DNA of 62,698 nucleotides, filler included, from Pseudomonadota bacterium (GTDB lineage: Bacteria > Desulfobacterota > Desulfobacteria > Desulfobacterales > JBDRRP01): the NCBI GenBank assembly GCA_043825735.1. It is 4 parts of 4 records of this genome, joined end to end, with 100 filler letters (N's around TTAATTAATTAA, not from the genome) between each part and the next. Parts side by side here need not be neighbours in the genome. Positions count along the whole stretch, not along the records: positions 58,006 to 62,698 come from JBDRRP010000085.1; 3 more parts are not named here. The stretch is one strand, 5' to 3'. Every line of letters starts with the position of its first letter. The stretch's first letter is position 1. Of the stretch, positions 58,474 through 62,698 are shown piece by piece. Position numbers and translations under genes: made by a program. The notes beneath the pieces are model-generated. The model was not told where the DNA came from, did no database searches, and saw nothing but the letters and a program-made list of their open reading frames with translations.

Positions 58474-58605
58474 TCAGCCGGCGACATCGATCCCGGGATC
58501 ACAGCCCAGATTCGGGTCTTTGTTTTCGCATTCGAAGTTGGCTTCACGGGTATCCACATGGCCCTCATCGCGGCTATCTGCGTAGTCCTGAATTCTGTTT
58601 TCCAT
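58474..58605 (-). CDS. 43-aa acidic peptide, copy 2 (not in ORF track)
   Basis: MENRIQDYADSRDEGHVDTREANFECENKDPNLGCDPGIDVAG; GGGGTG RBS-like sequence. Confidence 0.85.
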   Translation of the reverse strand: MENRIQDYADSRDEGHVDTREANFECENKDPNLGCDPGIDVAG

Positions 58606-58675
58606 ATCACACCCCCATTAAGTCGGAGTTAGAGTTTAATCTGCATTCACTGGTCAAAGATCTTGTATCAGTCCA

Positions 58676-58807
58676 TCAACCGGCAACATCGATTCCCGGG
58701 TCGCAGCCCAGATTGGGATCCTTGTTTTCGCACTCGAAGTTTGCTTCGCGGGTATCGACATGCCCTTCGTTACGATCTTCCGTGTAGTCTTGTTCACGAT
58801 TTGCCAT
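58676..58807 (-). CDS. 43-aa acidic peptide, copy 1 (not in ORF track)
   Basis: MANREQDYTEDRNEGHVDTREANFECENKDPNLGCDPGIDVAG; GGAGGTG RBS. Confidence 0.88.
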   Translation of the reverse strand: MANREQDYTEDRNEGHVDTREANFECENKDPNLGCDPGIDVAG

Positions 58808-58965
58808 GATTCACCTCCGATGTTCGATGCGTATTCGCATTGTGTTTTTTGGTTGCGGCGAGTGGTTCGTTCGCCGTGTTAGAGACAATATGCGTATGCA
58901 GGATCAGATTGCAACGGTAGTGAAGTGATGAAAGAATGAGGGGCGATAACTGCTAATATGCGAAA

Positions 58966-59092
58966 TTTAGGGATTTAGGGATTGAGGGATTGAGGGATTG
59001 AGGGATTGAGGGATTGAGGGATTGAGGGATTCAGGGATTGAGGGATTCAGGGATTCAGGGATTCAGGGATTGAGGGATTCAGGGATAGAGGG
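58966..59092. repeat. 8-bp tandem repeat (TTGAGGGA/TTCAGGGA)n
   Basis: About 15 units visible directly. Confidence 0.9.
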
Positions 59093-59393
59093 ACGATGGG
59101 CGCCCATGGCGCGTTCCAGGTTCTGGGTTCCGGGTTCAAGGTTCCAGATCCAACCGCTTTGGTTGACGTTTTCCTGCCGAAGGCCACTCACATTGGATGT
59201 TAATCTGTGAAAATCTGCGAAATCTGTGGATAAACTCGCTTTTCGCCGTTGCCCTCCGGCCGCAGGCCGCCTTTCATCTGTGTAATCTGCGTAATCTGTG
59301 GTTAATTCGATCTCGCAGTTGCTTTCAGGCCGGCTTGTCCGCCGTGGCCTGAGCCTTCGCGGAGGCGGAAGGCCGCAAACCCCCTATCCGCGG

Positions 59394-59642
59394 TCAATCA
59401 CCTGCGTCTGGCTTTTTGCTTTTGCGCAGGCCAACGGCAAGATAGATGAAAAATCCGATGAAGGGGATGCCGGCCACGAGAACCCAGAGCATTTTCTGGC
59501 CGTCGGTGGCAAACTCGCGGCCGGCGGCGTGGACGATGCATCCGAGAGAGAGTGCCACAAAGGGGATGGTGAGCCCCACCACCACGGCAATGGTGTTGAG
59601 ATCGAAGCCAAAGGCGGCGGCCACCTGGTTTAAAGATTCCAT
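59394..59642 (-). CDS. Small membrane protein (PLDc_N-like)
   Basis: KMLWVLV..IPFIGFFIYL..G motif. Confidence 0.75.
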   Translation of the reverse strand: MESLNQVAAAFGFDLNTIAVVVGLTIPFVALSLGCIVHAAGREFATDGQKMLWVLVAGIPFIGFFIYLAVGLRKSKKPDAGD

Positions 59643-59644
59643 GA

Positions 59645-60520
59645 CTATTTCCTGAGTTGGTCCGCCACCGCCAACACGGCATCGGCGTAGTAGGTGCTGT
59701 TGTTGTAGTGGCGGATCACGCGGTGGGCCTTGCTCTTGCTGATGCCCTTTTTCCACCCGTGGTATTTCAAATAGTAGGCGATGCTGAAAATGGCATCGTC
59801 GTCCTCAAAGAGGTCCACCCGTCCGTTGCCGTTGCCGTCGACCCCCAGCTTGATGGCGTTGCTGGGCAGAAACTGAGCCAGCCCCATGGCCCCGGCATAT
59901 GAGCCCTTGATGGCGACCGGATCCATACCCTGAGCATCGGCGTGTTCGATGAGTGCCTTGAGCTCCTTGTAGGCCCAGCCGGCCTTAGCCCTGGCTTTTT
60001 TTTCATAATCCCGCGAATCCATGCGTTTTTCTTTTGGCATCTTGCGGTAGAGGGTATCCCGGGCCTTGGCATCGCTCAGGGCTGCCATGGTGGACAGCGT
60101 GTTGATTACGACGCTGCGGCCCACGTATTTGCCCAGTTGAGTCTCCACCAGGAGGATGGCCGTGATGACTTCCTTATCGACCCCATAGGCGGTCTGAGCC
60201 TTGTCGAGGACGGCCTTATGGCGCTTCATATAGGCTCGGGCCCGTTTGACGGGCTCAGGTTTGCTGAACTGGCCATAGTCCAGACTGGCTTCGTTGTGGA
60301 TGAAAAACAGGGATACGGCATCCACTTCGAAATTTACCCCCGGTTCGGCGTATAGCTTGTCGATGGCCGCCTTGTCGAAACCGTCGCGGACCAGGCGCTC
60401 TTTCAGCTCTTTAAACAGATCGGGCGTAGACGTCGCACCCGATACCGCCGGGAAATTTGCCCATAAAAAAATGGCCCCGAGGGCCACCACCCACAGTGCT
60501 TTCCGGATTTGTTCGCCCAT
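59645..60520 (-). CDS. Lytic murein transglycosylase (MltB family)
   Basis: ILLVETQLG, GSYAGAMGLAQFLPS, YNNS..Y motifs. Confidence 0.92.
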   Translation of the reverse strand: MGEQIRKALWVVALGAIFLWANFPAVSGATSTPDLFKELKERLVRDGFDKAAIDKLYAEPGVNFEVDAVSLFFIHNEASLDYGQFSKPEPVKRARAYMKRHKAVLDKAQTAYGVDKEVITAILLVETQLGKYVGRSVVINTLSTMAALSDAKARDTLYRKMPKEKRMDSRDYEKKARAKAGWAYKELKALIEHADAQGMDPVAIKGSYAGAMGLAQFLPSNAIKLGVDGNGNGRVDLFEDDDAIFSIAYYLKYHGWKKGISKSKAHRVIRHYNNSTYYADAVLAVADQLRK

Positions 60521-60626
60521 AAATCCGTTTTTGCTCCTTTATTGCCGGGTTGCCGCGTCAGCGTTTCTTGATACCAGTAAAATGGCATGCTATTGTCCTG
60601 CCTGTCAATGAATCGTGAAGGAATCG

Positions 60627-62000
60627 ATGAGCGCAAAGAAATCGCTGAAGACCGTTTTCGTCTGCCAGTCCTGCGGGTACCAGGCGCCCCGGTGGATGGG
60701 TAAATGCCCCGACTGTGACCAGTGGGACTCCCTGGTGGAGGAGCGCAGCGAGTCCGGCACCGGAAAAGGCGGTGCACGGGCCGGGATCTCCCTGAAGGCG
60801 ATGCCGGTGCCGATCGACACCGTGGTGGTCGATGCCGAGTTCCGGCTCATGACCGGTATTGCGGAATTTGACCGGGTGCTGGGCGGCGGCCTGGTCCCCG
60901 GCAGCCTGGTGCTCATCGGCGGAGATCCGGGCATCGGCAAATCCACCCTCATGCTCCAGGCCCTTTACGGGCTCGCCGCCCGGGGGCGCCGGGTGCTCTA
61001 TGTGAGCGGTGAGGAATCGGTCAAGCAGATCCGCATCCGCAGCGAGCGGCTCTCGGCCATCGCCCCGGATCTGCTGGTGGTCTCCGAAATCGATGTCGGC
61101 CGCATCCTTGAGATGACCATGGCCACGACCCCCGACGTACTGGTGGTGGATTCCATCCAGACGCTCTTCAATGCGGAGCTTTCCTCGGCGCCGGGCAGTG
61201 TGAGCCAGGTGCGCGAATCCACGGTTCAGCTCATGCTCATGGCAAAGCGCACCGGCATTCCGGTGTTTCTGGTGGGGCATGTGACCAAGGACGGGGCCAT
61301 CGCCGGCCCGCGGCTTCTCGAGCATATGGTGGATGCCGTGCTCTACTTCGAGGGAGACCGCGGCCACGTGTTCCGATTGCTCCGGGCGGTGAAAAACCGT
61401 TTCGGCTCCACCAACGAGATCGGTGTTTTCGAGATGCATGAGCAGGGCCTGGTGGAGGTCGCAAACCCCTCGGCCCTGTTTTTAAGTGAACGCCCGCCGC
61501 ATGCGCCCGGTTCGGTGGTCACCTCCAGCATGGAAGGCACGCGCCCCATTCTGGTGGAGCTTCAGGCCCTGGCCAGCGCCACCAGTTTTGGCAACCCCCG
61601 GCGGACCATTCTCGGGCTGGACCGAAATCGGGTGGCGCTTCTGGTGGCTGTCATGGAAAAAAAACTCGGCATGCAGATGATGGGGCATGATATTTTCATG
61701 AATGTGGCCGGCGGAGTCAAGGTGGAGGAGCCAGCCGTGGATCTGGCCGTGGTGGCCGCCGTGGCCTCCAGCTTTCTCGATCGGCCGGTGGCTGAAGACA
61801 CCCTGGTTCTGGGTGAGGTGGGGCTCACCGGTGAGGTGCGGGCCATCGGGCAGATGAGCGCCCGGCTGGCCGAAGCGGCCAAAATGGGCTTTTCGCGCTG
61901 CGTGATTCCGGAGACCAACCTCAAGCAGGCCATTGAAAAAAACGGACTGCGGCTGATCGGGGTCAGCACGGTGGCGGCCGCGATAGAGGCCCTATTCTAG
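60627..62000 (+). CDS. radA: DNA repair protein RadA/Sms
   Basis: C4 zinc finger, GDPGIGKST, KNRFG. Confidence 0.98.
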   Translation: MSAKKSLKTVFVCQSCGYQAPRWMGKCPDCDQWDSLVEERSESGTGKGGARAGISLKAMPVPIDTVVVDAEFRLMTGIAEFDRVLGGGLVPGSLVLIGGDPGIGKSTLMLQALYGLAARGRRVLYVSGEESVKQIRIRSERLSAIAPDLLVVSEIDVGRILEMTMATTPDVLVVDSIQTLFNAELSSAPGSVSQVRESTVQLMLMAKRTGIPVFLVGHVTKDGAIAGPRLLEHMVDAVLYFEGDRGHVFRLLRAVKNRFGSTNEIGVFEMHEQGLVEVANPSALFLSERPPHAPGSVVTSSMEGTRPILVELQALASATSFGNPRRTILGLDRNRVALLVAVMEKKLGMQMMGHDIFMNVAGGVKVEEPAVDLAVVAAVASSFLDRPVAEDTLVLGEVGLTGEVRAIGQMSARLAEAAKMGFSRCVIPETNLKQAIEKNGLRLIGVSTVAAAIEALF

Positions 62001-62061
62001 CGACCTGGGCCAGAGCCAGTTCTTTCGCAGAGACCCAGAAGATTTTTTGAAAAGCCCAAAA

Positions 62062-62196
62062 TTTGATGGACCGGTAAAAAGTCGGGATCTCTCGCAAAGC
62101 CGCAACGATCGCAAAGGCAACACACTAATATTAATGGAGTTTTTCTTGGCGTGCTTAGCGTCTTTGCGAGAAAATTGCTTTATACGGTTTTATCAA
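62062..62196. repeat. MITE-like element (CGCAAAG core)
   Basis: TTTGATGGACCGGTAAAAAGTC...CTCGCAAAG / CTTTGCGAG...TACGGTTTTATCAA. Confidence 0.78.
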
Positions 62197-62260
62197 GATT
62201 CAATCCTCAATAGGTTCAACCGATAATCCGTCATCGCGGCGGCGACAAAGGAAACCCCTC

Positions 62261-62698
62261 ATGATACTCACACCGCTCAGTGCCATCTGTCCGGTAGACG
62301 GCCGTTACCGCAAGGCCACCGAACCCTTGGCCGATTATTTCAGCGAAGGCGCTCTGATCCGTTACCGGGTGGCCACGGAGATCGCCTATTTTATTGCCCT
62401 TTCCGAAATCCCGCTGCCGCCGCTGGCAGCCGTCAGCGACGCGCAGCGCGAGGCGCTTCGGCAGATCCCCGCCGCGTTTACCGAAGACGATGCCAGTGCC
62501 GTCAAGGCCATCGAGCGGACCACCAACCACGATGTCAAGGCCGTAGAGTATTTTCTCAAAGAGCGTTTTGACGCCCTGGGACTGGGCGCTTCAAAGGAGT
62601 TCATCCATTTCGCCTTGACCAGCCAGGACATCAACAACACCGCCGTTCCGGCATCGCTCCGGGACGGGTGGCGGCAGGTCATGCGCCCGAACCTTGTG
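62261..62698 (+). CDS. purB: Adenylosuccinate lyase (partial, runs off window)
   Basis: MILTPLSAICPVDGRYR...FSE...IERTTNHDVKAVEYF...HFALTSQDINN. Confidence 0.95.
   Translation, partial: MILTPLSAICPVDGRYRKATEPLADYFSEGALIRYRVATEIAYFIALSEIPLPPLAAVSDAQREALRQIPAAFTEDDASAVKAIERTTNHDVKAVEYFLKERFDALGLGASKEFIHFALTSQDINNTAVPASLRDGWRQVMRPNLV

Noticed and set aside
59022..59210. ORF with RDSGI repeats (also ORFs over repeats at 23806-24308 and 16650-16889)
   Set aside because: These are translations of non-coding tandem or palindromic repeats.

Overview
The window is four contigs joined by artificial 100-nt N/TTAATTAATTAA linkers (24253-24352, 45408-45507, 57906-58005). Gene content and repeat types suggest a GC-rich Desulfobacterales-like bacterium (inference). 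Positions 1-9.1 kb are an AT-rich accessory region just downstream of tRNA-Phe. It holds an integrase-less integron cassette array on the minus strand (five attC-like sites; core/inverse-core pairs match per cassette). Its architecture is unusual: most attC sites are followed by the same 45-80 bp non-coding element, and several cassettes start at attI-like (GTCTAATAA..GTT) sites rather than at a preceding attC. The region also has a Tae4-like amidase with a signal peptide, a group II intron 3' remnant and an IS21-like end. The rest is mostly housekeeping (rsmE, valS, nadC, lepA, leuCD, tag, sppA, cysEK, radA, purB, tRNA-Glu). Other loci of note: an acidic PopZ/RomR-like gene before valS; a TetR-controlled SCP2/aminotransferase/split-transketolase/deacylase operon (possible amino-diol lipid catabolism); a WD40-PDZ-caspase protein; an octaheme Hao-like/NapC pair with a heme-sensing two-component system; two unannotated near-identical 43-aa peptide genes; and many MITE/REP-like intergenic repeats. 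All calls come from reading motifs by eye, with no database searches.
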